Below are positions 36,249 through 45,092 of a stretch of DNA of 64,000 bases, in pieces. The notes beneath the pieces are model-generated. The model did no database searches. It had not been told where the DNA came from and saw only the letters and a list, made by a program, of their open reading frames with translations. This DNA is from a virus. The translations under genes and the position numbers were made by a program. Numbering within the stretch: position 1 is the stretch's first letter; each line of letters starts with the position of its first letter. The stretch is from the IMG/VR virus record IMGVR_UViG_3300037424_000830, positions 1 to 64,000 of that record. One strand, 5' to 3'.

Positions 36249-36753
36249 CGCCGCCGGATACTCCACCACGAGGCGCCATGATATCCTTCACGCGATTGCG
36301 CATCTGAACAGGTTGTCCTTCTGGCTTGTAGGGTTCGATATCGACTTTGATACGAACCGGCTTGCCAATAAGATAACCTTCGTCGGCAATCTTCTTCGCA
36401 TTGAATGGGCCGGCGAGAAGTTCAGGAGCGAACTGCTTGATCTGGCGCTTTGTGCCGCCGAGAGCTTTCTCCGAGAACGAAACATATGTGAACTGTTTGC
36501 GGTTGGCAAATTCACCTTCGACGACCGCAAATCGCATCGACCACATCGGCTTGGAAGAATTCTTGCTGATCTCGTACTTGCATTCGTCGATGACAGCGTC
36601 GTAGATTCCTTTGGGAATATTTTCCCATGACATTTCCTTGACGTCGGTAAGGTCGACAACAAGACCTTCGTCTTCCTGCGAGATTCCAATACCCTGCGTT
36701 TCGAATTCACCGCCAGATGCCGTTTCAGGATCTCCATCGTTCATGATAGTCAT
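36229..36753 (-). CDS. DUF669-family (SSB-like) protein
   Basis: IPKGIYDAVIDECKYEISKNSSKPMWSMRFAVVEGEFANRKQF matches the DUF669 core. Adjacent to the Sak4-like ATPase, as is usual for this family. Confidence 0.6.
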   Translation of the reverse strand: MTIMNDGDPETASGGEFETQGIGISQEDEGLVVDLTDVKEMSWENIPKGIYDAVIDECKYEISKNSSKPMWSMRFAVVEGEFANRKQFTYVSFSEKALGGTKRQIKQFAPELLAGPFNAKKIADEGYLIGKPVRIKVDIEPYKPEGQPVQMRNRVKDIMAPRGGVSGGDGFLPG

Positions 36754-36816
36754 TGTACTATTTCTCCTTGTTGGGTTTGCAATTTGAACTTGAACTCGAG
36801 ACTTGAATGCACTACA

Positions 36817-37797
36817 CTACTGTTTTGGTTTGAGCGCCTCCATTATAGAACCCATCGTTGGGTCGTCGAAAAAAGCCCCTTTGAATGCCGCCTTTCGGTT
36901 CTTAGCGTCAAAGTTTCCAATTGGTTGGACGTAAAGACGACGTCGTGCATCCGGTGCACCTTCAGTCATCTTAGCAACCATCAAGAATCCAACGATGTCG
37001 ACGAAACCTTGAATTTGACCCGAGAGTTGTCCAGTGAGCTTCGGACCATAGTGAAATTTCTTCAACTCATCCTGGGTGTAGAAACTTGAACACACCATGA
37101 TGACATTCATTGGGAGGTCACGATAAGCTCTCGATAAGAGCTGCATCATCTGGTTGTTCTTACGATACTCGGCGAATTGTGCAACATCAAGATCATTGTC
37201 GACAATCTTGGTATCTGCAGTAATGTTCAGAAGTGAATACATACTGTACTGGTCAACTTCTGTCAAGGAGTCGATAATGACAGTACGATATATCTTTGGT
37301 GTCTCGATTTCGTCGACCGGAACACCGGTAAACATTGATTCCAACCTTTTCAAGGACTCCATATCCTTGTTGTCTCGGTATCGACAATGCGCCTTCAGGA
37401 ACTCTTGAACGTGACCAACTTGCATGAAATTGGTAATTCGGATCCTACTGATATCTGCAAAGCCCTTGATCCGCGGCGAGTCTTCGATTGCCATATCACC
37501 AGACTCTGCGTCGACGAAAAGAACATCTTTGAGCTCAGGAACATCAACAGCACTTGCTGCAAGTGTTGTCTTACCAGAGCCATACTGCCCATAAATCAAG
37601 AGCTTCAGATATCTGTTGCGATTTACAGGCGTAGTAATCATAAAGGCAGGAGCCTTGATAGCCACAACTGTAGGTGCCTTGGTAGGATTGATGCTAGGCA
37701 TCACAGATACCTTAGCTCCTAGAGTGTTGGGCTGCTGCTGGATTGGCTGTCCAGAAGGAGCTGTTGGTGTTGGGGCTGTACCAGATATTTCCGCCAT
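36817..37797 (-). CDS. Sak4-like single-strand annealing/RecA-like ATPase (AAA_24)
   Basis: Walker A LLIYGQYGSGKTTL and Walker B-like VIIDSLTE. An alternative start at ATG 37701 avoids a 79-nt overlap with the nuclease gene. Confidence 0.65.
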   Translation of the reverse strand: MAEISGTAPTPTAPSGQPIQQQPNTLGAKVSVMPSINPTKAPTVVAIKAPAFMITTPVNRNRYLKLLIYGQYGSGKTTLAASAVDVPELKDVLFVDAESGDMAIEDSPRIKGFADISRIRITNFMQVGHVQEFLKAHCRYRDNKDMESLKRLESMFTGVPVDEIETPKIYRTVIIDSLTEVDQYSMYSLLNITADTKIVDNDLDVAQFAEYRKNNQMMQLLSRAYRDLPMNVIMVCSSFYTQDELKKFHYGPKLTGQLSGQIQGFVDIVGFLMVAKMTEGAPDARRRLYVQPIGNFDAKNRKAAFKGAFFDDPTMGSIMEALKPKQ

Positions 37798-38975
37798 GAG
37801 TCGTACTCCAATTCTCTTGATATTGTTGACTGTTCTAACTCGTACTCAAAGTCGCCACCGTCGTCCAAAGATACACATGGACTAAGGAATGGGCAATCGA
37901 ACGCACAATTCCTTGTTGGGTTTGGATAAAGCCCAAGCTCGGGATTTAGCATCTCGTCGATCTCCATCATAATCTTTTGGCCTTCAGCTTGGATGGAGTA
38001 TTCATTCCTGTAGATGTAATCGCGCCGAATAAACGGATCGTGACGCGGTTGCTCAAGCGATGCAAGCTCATTGAGATATCGCACATTAGCGTTTGGAGCT
38101 CTCGAGACATCGCCATAAACTCGTCCAAGGACTTCTCTGTACGCACGGTGTGATGTGATCTGGTTAGCCGCTGTTGAGATAGTTCCGTTCGCAAGGATTC
38201 GAGGTTCCTTAGGAAGAGTCTTTCGGTGCTGTTGGTAAATAACTCCACCGATAGGACGATCGTAGATACAGGATGCTGCCCAACAGTATGAAGTAATTTG
38301 CGAGTCCGTTTGGTAATGGGTGGTAGAGATTGCTTTGGCTGTTTTATACTCAACAATCCAAAGAAACCCCGACTCGTCAATGACGACACGGTCAATCTGA
38401 CCTGAGTAGACAACTTCATCGATTCCATACTTCCCAACTTCCCAGGGAAGGGTAAGTTTGAAGTTAACCTCGACTTGTGGTTTACCCTCATGGACATATG
38501 TTTCTAAAGGGTCTCGAGCTTGCAACCAAAGCTCGTAATAATCCATCATCCCAACGCCAAGTTCAATCGACTCGTCGAGGTCTTCCGGAAGATTCATTCC
38601 GCGAGATTGCTTTAGAGTAGCTTGAACGTAAGCTCTGAAAGCGTCTGCAGCAGTGGGGTAGAGTCTTACTGAGTGAAAGTCTTCAAGGGCAAAATGCACA
38701 CCCGAGCCCAACCACAAGGGGGCTGCTTTCCTGATGGGGCCAAGGTTGTAACGAAGATGTGATTGCCAGCCCCACCTTCTTCGGCAGCGGCGAAATAGAA
38801 TGCGGTCTGATGTACGGACGACAGCTCTGATGGTTTTGCTGATGTCAGGATTAAGGAGTTCATCCTCGGTAGTTGCGTTCTCATCACCAACCTCGATGCC
38901 CTTTGCATTTGCTGCTTCAGTGATCTGATCACGCTCTGGTAGAATGTCTTCAAAGTCTTCTCCCCATCCGGCCAT
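37719..38975 (-). CDS. PD-(D/E)XK nuclease, Cas4/RecB-like with an Fe-S cysteine set
   Basis: QIDRVV...IVEYKTAK (D...ExK). N-terminal CRRRW Cys plus C-terminal NCAFDCPFLSPC. ATG 38975; the ORF-track TTG 39017 is possible. Confidence 0.65.
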   Translation of the reverse strand: MAGWGEDFEDILPERDQITEAANAKGIEVGDENATTEDELLNPDISKTIRAVVRTSDRILFRRCRRRWGWQSHLRYNLGPIRKAAPLWLGSGVHFALEDFHSVRLYPTAADAFRAYVQATLKQSRGMNLPEDLDESIELGVGMMDYYELWLQARDPLETYVHEGKPQVEVNFKLTLPWEVGKYGIDEVVYSGQIDRVVIDESGFLWIVEYKTAKAISTTHYQTDSQITSYCWAASCIYDRPIGGVIYQQHRKTLPKEPRILANGTISTAANQITSHRAYREVLGRVYGDVSRAPNANVRYLNELASLEQPRHDPFIRRDYIYRNEYSIQAEGQKIMMEIDEMLNPELGLYPNPTRNCAFDCPFLSPCVSLDDGGDFEYELEQSTISRELEYDSWRKYLVQPQHQQLLLDSQSSSSPTL

Positions 38976-39040
38976 CTTAGGTGCCCTTACTTTGTTTTGT
39001 GCTGCATTTGTAAGCAATACTAAACTGAACTAATGCTTCT

Positions 39041-39069
39041 ATTATAAAGGATTATTAAGTGCTTTTCAA
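39041..39069 (-). promoter_or_regulatory. Sigma70-like promoter TTGAAA-N17-TATAAT
   Basis: Minus strand reads cTTGAAAagcacttaataatccttTATAAT. It overlaps the helicase stop and lies upstream of the nuclease gene. Confidence 0.5.
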
Positions 39070-40535
39070 GAGGAATATATTGGTCGGACGAACATTCTAA
39101 ACTCTTCAAAGTTCTTAAACATCGCACTGACATTGTAGTATTTACCGTTAAGAATTTCCTCAACATGTTCTTCAACCGTATTCATATGCTTGATGTAGTA
39201 AGCATTAGATATCCCCTTAGTAGTCAACCTTCTTATCCGGCCTTCAGCTTGCATCATGTTGTTGAAGTCCCAATCGAAGCCAGCCATGAACGCAGTATTC
39301 ATTGTTTCCAACTCGAAGGACTGCGCATACAATGTCGAGCACAACATAATCCCACGCGTCTCTTTACACTCTCGCACAATATCAGACATCACTTTGCTAG
39401 GCATTCCACCATAAAGCATGTATACGTTGGTGAAACCGTTCGCCAGCAAGTGTTTCTCGTAGTGGTTAAGCGCATCTAGCCAAGGAGTAAAGATTATACA
39501 GTGTCTCATCGCTCCAGTTTCGTCATCAGCAATTTTGTCAAGGATCCAAGGAAGCATCTCTCCTATTCCAAGAGATGGAAACAGGATTGCTGGACACACT
39601 AAGAGTTGTCTCAGTCGAATCGTAAGGACGAGTTGGTTTTGCGCGAGAATGATAGAGTCCTCGACCCAGTGAACCATATCAGCAACGAGGTTGTCATAGG
39701 CTTTTTGCACAGCATCTGACATCTTGATAGGTATTACATGCCGAACTACTTTTTCAAGACCCGCTTCAACTTCAGTGATCCGATAGATATACGGCTTTAC
39801 AAGCTGTGCAAGCTCTGCAACTCTTTGGACACCTGTAATCTCCTTACCGAAGAAGTTGTCTTCAACGATGCAAAACATATAGACAAACTTCCAATACGAG
39901 GAAAAGAACTTGGGATCCAAAGTGTGTAGGAACCCCCAAAGATCTTGAGGTCCTCTTCCAGAGAGCGTACCAGACATCATTATTAGTCTCGGCCATACTC
40001 CTCCAGTCGACGTCTTATAGCGTGGGCGTGCTAAAGCGAATACAGCCTCAAAGGTTTTTATTTTACGGTTTCGAACCTTGTGACACTCATCGACAATAAT
40101 ACAATCAAAGCCAGCTTTTTCTGCATATACAATGTCACGCAGAAGACTTTGGAAGGTAATAATGTAGACGAACTTGTCTCCTTTCTCCGCAGCCCGCTTC
40201 CACATTACTTCTCGCACAACTTTTGTCTCTTCAAACACCAACACTTCGTCGTGTGTTGCGATTTCGGGATACCACTTGTGGAGTTCTTTACGCCATGTGT
40301 ATATAGCGTTCTTGGAACAGATGATCAATACGCGCTTCGCTTTGTAATGCACCATTGCAGAGAGTCCAATGAGGGTCTTACCTGACCCAGTAGGTGCATC
40401 AAGAATCCAGCGTGTTCGTGTGGAGCCGAAGCTAATCGCATTCTGTTGGTGCTTCTTAGCTAGCCTGAAAACTCTTGCCCCAATCTCCGGGAGGTTCTCA
40501 TACCGATCTTGACCTCGTTCTCGATCTTCAGTCAT
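39066..40535 (-). CDS. SNF2-family helicase
   Basis: Motif I DAPTGSGKTL and motif II IIVDECHKVRN. C-terminal helicase lobe with QAEGRIRR. Confidence 0.75.
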   Translation of the reverse strand: MTEDRERGQDRYENLPEIGARVFRLAKKHQQNAISFGSTRTRWILDAPTGSGKTLIGLSAMVHYKAKRVLIICSKNAIYTWRKELHKWYPEIATHDEVLVFEETKVVREVMWKRAAEKGDKFVYIITFQSLLRDIVYAEKAGFDCIIVDECHKVRNRKIKTFEAVFALARPRYKTSTGGVWPRLIMMSGTLSGRGPQDLWGFLHTLDPKFFSSYWKFVYMFCIVEDNFFGKEITGVQRVAELAQLVKPYIYRITEVEAGLEKVVRHVIPIKMSDAVQKAYDNLVADMVHWVEDSIILAQNQLVLTIRLRQLLVCPAILFPSLGIGEMLPWILDKIADDETGAMRHCIIFTPWLDALNHYEKHLLANGFTNVYMLYGGMPSKVMSDIVRECKETRGIMLCSTLYAQSFELETMNTAFMAGFDWDFNNMMQAEGRIRRLTTKGISNAYYIKHMNTVEEHVEEILNGKYYNVSAMFKNFEEFRMFVRPIYSS

Positions 40536-40891
40536 GTAACACCTGTTGTCAAATCCTTTTCTTCTTTGTGCATTTGTATCAAGGCGAGGGACATCATTTG
40601 TGAAAGACGCTTCTCTCGAGCCTGCAATATCAGAAGGTATTTCTTGCTTCGGGCTAAAAAGGACTCGTAGGCTTCACGTCTTGTCGGACACGCAAATCGT
40701 TTGGCTGCTGTATTGAGAATGAATCGATTGTGGTTGTTAATCCGCACGCCCTTGGGTGTAAGCTTGATGACCTCGAATTCGCATAGACGAAGATCTGAAC
40801 GTCCATAACCAACAGGTTCACCCCATTCATCTAATGGAGGTGCATACCTTATGTGTTCAACGCGATACCAAATGTCTCCAACTTTAACCAT
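40532..40891 (-). CDS. Hypothetical protein
   Basis: 119 aa. ATGA overlap with the helicase start region. No motif recognised. Confidence 0.5.
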   Translation of the reverse strand: MVKVGDIWYRVEHIRYAPPLDEWGEPVGYGRSDLRLCEFEVIKLTPKGVRINNHNRFILNTAAKRFACPTRREAYESFLARSKKYLLILQAREKRLSQMMSLALIQMHKEEKDLTTGVT

Positions 40892-41316
40892 CAGGTGTCA
40901 TACTCCTTGTAGTCATCGTTATCATTGGTATTGTTCGACACAAGACTATCTGGAGGATCTTCCCAGGGTGGCGTTGGATCATCTTCGTCAACGATCACCG
41001 AAGTAACTTGCTTCCCGACAATTTCCGGTTTATCGAGTAGAGACTTGGTACGGTTCTTGATAAAACCGAGGAGATCTTTATGCGTCCCGAAGTACATGTG
41101 GTTCTTGAATGACCACTTCCCAGTTGATGGCCACCAATTAACAAGCTCTCCGTCAATCTTGAGCTGGAAGTGATAAGGAGAGCATTGACGGAATTCAAGT
41201 GTTTCGAGGTGTTCAAAGAGCTCGCGGTACTCTGCGTTGAAGGAGGCTAACCGTTTAGACTTAGCTTCCTTCTTTGCTTCGTTCCACTCCCGAAATATGT
41301 CTCCCATGTCACCCAT
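40891..41316 (-). CDS. Hypothetical protein
   Basis: 141 aa. 1-nt overlap with the downstream gene. Acidic C-terminus. Confidence 0.5.
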   Translation of the reverse strand: MGDMGDIFREWNEAKKEAKSKRLASFNAEYRELFEHLETLEFRQCSPYHFQLKIDGELVNWWPSTGKWSFKNHMYFGTHKDLLGFIKNRTKSLLDKPEIVGKQVTSVIVDEDDPTPPWEDPPDSLVSNNTNDNDDYKEYDT

Positions 41317-41329
41317 GATAGTCTTCTTC

Positions 41330-41653
41330 CTACCTGACTGAGCGCCTCAAAGGCCGAAAAGCTTTCTTGCTGAAGACTTTGTGCCTACTTGCGAAGGTTA
41401 TTTCTTTCCCACACTGAGTAACGGTAATGTGGCGCCCATCTTTGATTGCTGCCGTAATCTCTGCGGCTACAGTTGTTCGAGGATTCAAACGACGAAAGCC
41501 TCTTGTTGCATGCAACCACAGTCCTTGTTCGGCAAGAACATTGTTGGCAGCTTCGAGGCGCTTACCTTTCTCAGACTCAACAGGTAGAAATACACCGCTA
41601 AGACCTGGAGGGTTACGTCCCCTGAGGAACGAGCGAACTTCAGTCTTTGTCAT
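41330..41653 (-). CDS. Hypothetical basic protein
   Basis: 107 aa, Arg/Lys-rich. ATGA overlap with the upstream small ORF. Confidence 0.45.
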   Translation of the reverse strand: MTKTEVRSFLRGRNPPGLSGVFLPVESEKGKRLEAANNVLAEQGLWLHATRGFRRLNPRTTVAAEITAAIKDGRHITVTQCGKEITFASRHKVFSKKAFRPLRRSVR

Positions 41654-41811
41654 TTGCCTTGTCTTTCCATAAATTCAACCATCGCAGCCATCGCATCGCT
41701 GTCACTGGCATTAGGCGGAATGTTGTGGGCGAAGTCTAATGGAGTTGGTTCTCCACCAACTTCCCCGCGCCAACGTGCGAGAAATTTTGTGACAAACTCC
41801 TTAACAGTCAT
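41650..41811 (-). CDS. Hypothetical small protein
   Basis: 53 aa from ATG 41811, with GGAG upstream, starting 1 nt after the upstream stop. The longer ORF-track version (to 41985) overlaps the neighbouring gene. Confidence 0.4.
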   Translation of the reverse strand: MTVKEFVTKFLARWRGEVGGEPTPLDFAHNIPPNASDSDAMAAMVEFMERQGK

Positions 41812-41812
41812 A

Positions 41813-42046
41813 TCAATTCTCCGCCCCACCCTCACGCCTCCAAATTTCAAAGAGACGTAACCTAGCCAAGTCAACAGCAGACAAGAAGTCTTCTTTTTTA
41901 AGACATCTGTGCAAGGCCCACTCTTTAGCTTCGGCAGAACTCTTGACGATAGCCAGTGCGGCGGTGCACTCTTCAAGTGTGTCATAATCTTTGATCATGA
42001 CAGGTTCACCTGCCAGGATATAGAACAGTATAAAGGCTTTAGTCAT
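41813..42046 (-). CDS. Hypothetical small protein
   Basis: 77 aa from ATG 42046. AGGAG RBS. ATGA overlap with the upstream stop. Confidence 0.45.
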   Translation of the reverse strand: MTKAFILFYILAGEPVMIKDYDTLEECTAALAIVKSSAEAKEWALHRCLKKEDFLSAVDLARLRLFEIWRREGGAEN

Positions 42047-42750
42047 TTCACTCTCCTTTTTTGTAGAGTACGGATAGCATCTGCGATGCGGAATTTCCCG
42101 TAGTGATCTGGACACGCCATGATTATGTTTATCACGTCCTCAAGCGCTCTTACTGTCGCTATGTTTGCAATTTCGACATTGAGCGCATTCACCTTCACGG
42201 CACTGTCAATGCGGGCGAGGTTCTCAGCCTTGGCTCGCGCCTCAGCCTCTCGCAAGTCTTTCATGCGTGCTGTCGCTATGTCAGACAATGGCATGTCTTT
42301 GGGAAGCGATGCTATGTCAGACCCAGCAAGTATGATCACCGCCTCTTGCACTCTTGCTTGCAAGACAAACGCGGTTTGAACAGTCTCTTGCTCGCGCTTT
42401 ACAATTGTTTCAATTTCTGTCAACGCATCTCGCACTCTTGCTTGCAGAGTGGTGATGGCGTTGATGGCTAGGTATAGGAAGTTCCACAGATAGAACTCTT
42501 TGACTTTGCTGTTGAGAACATGGCCAGGGATCGCTTCCAGTGTTTGCCCGCCCTTGTGCCGCTTGTCAGCAAACCATGTCAAAGCCTTCACCAGTTCATC
42601 GAACTCGCCCGGCTCTTCTGGCTGTGCTTTGGCCTGAGCATAGGCGGCGAGGGCTTCGTCAATTGTGTGTTCTTGCCAAATAGTTAACAGCGGAGAAAAC
42701 TCTCGGAGATTTTTCAGCGCCTCTGCCAGCTTGTCTGTAGTGTCAGTCAT
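42043..42750 (-). CDS. Hypothetical helical protein
   Basis: 235 aa, Ala/Glu/Leu-rich and coiled-coil-like. No motif recognised. Confidence 0.5.
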   Translation of the reverse strand: MTDTTDKLAEALKNLREFSPLLTIWQEHTIDEALAAYAQAKAQPEEPGEFDELVKALTWFADKRHKGGQTLEAIPGHVLNSKVKEFYLWNFLYLAINAITTLQARVRDALTEIETIVKREQETVQTAFVLQARVQEAVIILAGSDIASLPKDMPLSDIATARMKDLREAEARAKAENLARIDSAVKVNALNVEIANIATVRALEDVINIIMACPDHYGKFRIADAIRTLQKRRVK

Positions 42751-42759
42751 AGCTTAGTC

Positions 42760-42963
42760 TTAGTCTCCACAGTTCGGATCACGTGGGCAATAACCTTTGC
42801 CTGCGCACAAAGCCGGATCACGGCACCATTCACCGTATGGAGAGTTCTTCTTCGATGGCTTCGAAGGCAAACAGCCGATGTGATAAGGATACCCCCGGTA
42901 GGTTGCGTAGGCTTGTGAGCAGTCGCCACCACAACCACTACATTGAACTTTCATGTTGGACAT
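42760..42963 (-). CDS. Small cysteine-rich protein
   Basis: 67 aa with 10 Cys (CSGCGGDC, HIGC, WC, LCAGKGYC, PNC). The start at 42963 is directly preceded by the same 18-nt leader as the DUF2493 gene. Confidence 0.5.
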   Translation of the reverse strand: MSNMKVQCSGCGGDCSQAYATYRGYPYHIGCLPSKPSKKNSPYGEWCRDPALCAGKGYCPRDPNCGD

Positions 42964-43301
42964 GGTTTAACCCTGACTTCAATAACTTCAATTCCTGCGG
43001 CCTTTCCACGTCGTACCATATCAGCAGTACCACGACCACCAGGAAATGCGATAATAACGTCTGGTTTCATATCAAGCATTTCCTGGTTCCGTATTGGCCC
43101 CGCAGTTTTTCCGTAAGCGTTCCAATTTGCTTTGACAGTAGTCAACTTAATGTCTTCATGCTTTCGTGCATACTGAGCAGCGTGGTAATCTGCACCATGA
43201 GCGCCGCCTTCGATGATTTCTGTCAGTTCAAGTTTGGATAGGAAATTCTCGATCGCTACCCAGTCATGGAAGTTCCGTCCGCCGCAAACTATCGCCCTCA
43301 C
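42951..43301 (-). CDS. DUF2493/SLOG-family protein (YspA/DprA-like Rossmannoid fold)
   Basis: IVCGGRNF...IIEGGAHGADYHA...IIAFPGGRGTADM follows the SLOG GGxxGaD / PGG.GT pattern. GTG start. Confidence 0.6.
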   Translation of the reverse strand: MRAIVCGGRNFHDWVAIENFLSKLELTEIIEGGAHGADYHAAQYARKHEDIKLTTVKANWNAYGKTAGPIRNQEMLDMKPDVIIAFPGGRGTADMVRRGKAAGIEVIEVRVKPCPT

Positions 43302-43323
43302 GGTTTCACCCTGACTTCACAGA

Positions 43324-43470
43324 TCATTTGGTTTTGATTTTGGACTTCTTGGCTTCGCGAGCAGCTTTGGCACGCTCAGCTTCGATAGCATCCTGTACAG
43401 AACGTTGGTTTCGCTTGCCATACTTTGCAACATTCTTATGGCGTGCGGCTTTGGTTTGTGCGGCAGTCAT
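43324..43470 (-). CDS. Small basic protein (below the ORF-track cutoff)
   Basis: 48 aa: MTAAQTKAARHKNVAKYGKRNQRSVQDAIEAERAKAAREAKKSKIKTK. GAGGAG RBS 7 nt upstream of ATG 43470. Confidence 0.45.
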   Translation of the reverse strand: MTAAQTKAARHKNVAKYGKRNQRSVQDAIEAERAKAAREAKKSKIKTK

Positions 43471-43497
43471 AGTAGGCTCCTCTAGTGTTAAACTTAA

Positions 43498-43532
43498 GAA
43501 GGTGATGGTAGGCGCTTACAGCCTACACCTTC
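43498..43532 (-). terminator. Interrupted stem-loop (attenuator/terminator candidate)
   Basis: gaaggt..gtaggc / gcctac accttc (6+6 bp with a 4-nt bulge). On the minus strand it is followed by TTAAGTTTAA. Confidence 0.35.
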
Positions 43533-43602
43533 CACGACGCAGAGTCAACCAACAACCCTCTGTCCTGGATGTCCTATTCAATTAAACGACATCACCCTTT
43601 GA

Positions 43603-43953
43603 CTAGCTATTCTCCTCCGGTCCAAACGGGGGCTTTTCACTAGTCAATCTCTGTAGTTGCTGTTCGGTAATCTCCTTTGCTCTCGCAAGGTAACTTCTCG
43701 TTGTAGATTCGTGCTCGTCAACCCAGTTTCGAAAATCGTCAAAAGTCTTGTCAAGAGCTTCCGACATCTTTTGGATTTCAGTCAGCGCATTGACAAGATG
43801 TTTTCGCTCGAAGTCGTGGTGATCAACAAGCTCATTCAAGAGCTCCGCCTGAGTCTTAGTGCTAGTGTTGGTGTTGTCTTCGTTGGTTGCCACTGTGTAA
43901 CTCCGTTGGTTTGTTAATTGACCTCTGGGGGTAGATCGCTCGTTATGGCTCAT
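43603..43953 (-). CDS. Hypothetical coiled-coil protein
   Basis: 116 aa. The start codon lies inside a 14-bp hairpin (43923-43965). Confidence 0.5.
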   Translation of the reverse strand: MSHNERSTPRGQLTNQRSYTVATNEDNTNTSTKTQAELLNELVDHHDFERKHLVNALTEIQKMSEALDKTFDDFRNWVDEHESTTRSYLARAKEITEQQLQRLTSEKPPFGPEENS

Positions 43954-44098
43954 CTACCCCCAGAGCAAGGTTAACGTAGTTACCTTTGCTACTCCTTGTC
44001 GTCACCCCACAAGGAACGGGACACTCTCGATCTGTGAGGCAAGAGCCTCTGCCTTCCCTGTACATTCGACCCAGCTGTGGCGATCGAGCATGTGTTCG

Positions 44099-44350
44099 TC
44101 AACACTGATGCAGATCACCACGAGACTGGAAAAATTCTTCGGGTGAGTAGGTACTGACTTGGGGTTGTAAGGTTGCACATACCGCTTTGACTTCGACGAC
44201 GAAGAGCGTTACACTCTTGCTCGGATTCGAACATATCTGGTTTCGAATCAAGCTGTGTGCATGCATCTCGGCTTTGTGCTGTTCATCGAACCAAGTTCGT
44301 GTGACGGTACAGGAGCTTGACTTATCAGCTATAACACAAAATTTTCTCAT
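44099..44350 (-). CDS. Hypothetical protein
   Basis: 83 aa. First gene after promoter 44422-44450. CAACCA-rich leader. Confidence 0.45.
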   Translation of the reverse strand: MRKFCVIADKSSSCTVTRTWFDEQHKAEMHAHSLIRNQICSNPSKSVTLFVVEVKAVCATLQPQVSTYSPEEFFQSRGDLHQC

Positions 44351-44421
44351 TGGTTGAATCCTTCACTGGTTGATACTGGTTGATTTCGTACACTGTACAA
44401 TACACACTTTCTATTATGAAC

Positions 44422-44450
44422 ATTATAGCTGATTTCAAGAAAACCCTCAA
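44422..44450 (-). promoter_or_regulatory. Sigma70-like promoter, class II (TTGAGGGT-N-TATAAT)
   Basis: Minus strand reads cTCTTGAGGgttttcttgaaatcagcTATAAT, with a 17-nt spacer. Confidence 0.55.
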
Positions 44451-44797
44451 GAGGCAAAATTAGTGTCGACGCTAATTTTTATTGGTGCGCGAACCATTAC
44501 TTCTCCAGGTAAGAAACCATAGCGAGTATACCATTCAATGAGTTGCTCCCTTGTAAGAGGTCCAGAAGAGTAAATCTCAAGAAACAGCACGATCTTATGT
44601 ATGTCTGCATATCCGATAGCTTGCTTAAGCAACTTGCTACCAATCCCTTTACTACGATGTGGGGTAGGTACATTAATGCGTGTAATTATTAAGCCCCGAT
44701 TGTAATAGTTACACCAGTCCAAAACAGCTAACCCAAATGGGTTCTCCAGCTTCTCGTAAAAGCCTGATGGGTACATACATTCGTAACTAGCAGTCAT
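44447..44797 (-). CDS. GNAT-family acetyltransferase
   Basis: HRSKGIGSKLLKQAIGYA matches the acetyl-CoA binding motif (R/Q)xxGxG/A. 116 aa. Confidence 0.6.
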   Translation of the reverse strand: MTASYECMYPSGFYEKLENPFGLAVLDWCNYYNRGLIITRINVPTPHRSKGIGSKLLKQAIGYADIHKIVLFLEIYSSGPLTREQLIEWYTRYGFLPGEVMVRAPIKISVDTNFAS

Positions 44798-45092
44798 GAT
44801 CAGAGCTTCCTAGCGGTGCATAGAACTCATCCTTGTTGAGACTGTAGAGCATATAGAAAGAGGTGTTGTTAGCAAACATCCTCTTCAAGATCTTGACATG
44901 CTTACAGGGATATACACGCGCTGGACAAGAACAGATAAAGTTCTGTTCACCACCTCTCGAAGGTAATGGTGAGATAGTGTAAGTCTGGAGGACATCATAA
45001 TCCTCATCCATCTTGTATACAGTCCAACCATCTGTGATCGGTGACAAACGATACAGGGTATCCTTCTTCGATCTACGCTTAACTAGGTTCAT
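44787..45092 (-). CDS. SWIM zinc-finger protein
   Basis: CSCPARVYPCKHV (CxC...CxH). ATG 45092 is preceded by GGAGG. The longer ORF-track version overlaps the upstream gene. Confidence 0.55.
   Translation of the reverse strand: MNLVKRRSKKDTLYRLSPITDGWTVYKMDEDYDVLQTYTISPLPSRGGEQNFICSCPARVYPCKHVKILKRMFANNTSFYMLYSLNKDEFYAPLGSSDHDC

Noticed and set aside
37967-38953. Alternative-frame ORFs (37967-38497 and 38666-38953) inside the Cas4-like nuclease gene
   Set aside because: They overlap a frame with clear PD-(D/E)XK and Fe-S motifs. Their translations are Ser/Leu/Arg-rich with no motifs or RBS.
43328-43585. 85-aa plus-strand ORF
   Set aside because: It is antisense to a better-supported small minus-strand gene (43324-43470) and to an intergenic hairpin. 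It has a TTG start and no RBS, and all neighbouring genes are on the minus strand.
44190-44250. tRNA-like string ggattcgaac / ggtttcgaatc
   Set aside because: No complementary T-stem, acceptor stem or anticodon arm can be drawn. It lies inside a coding ORF (44099-44350). I found no convincing tRNA anywhere in the window.
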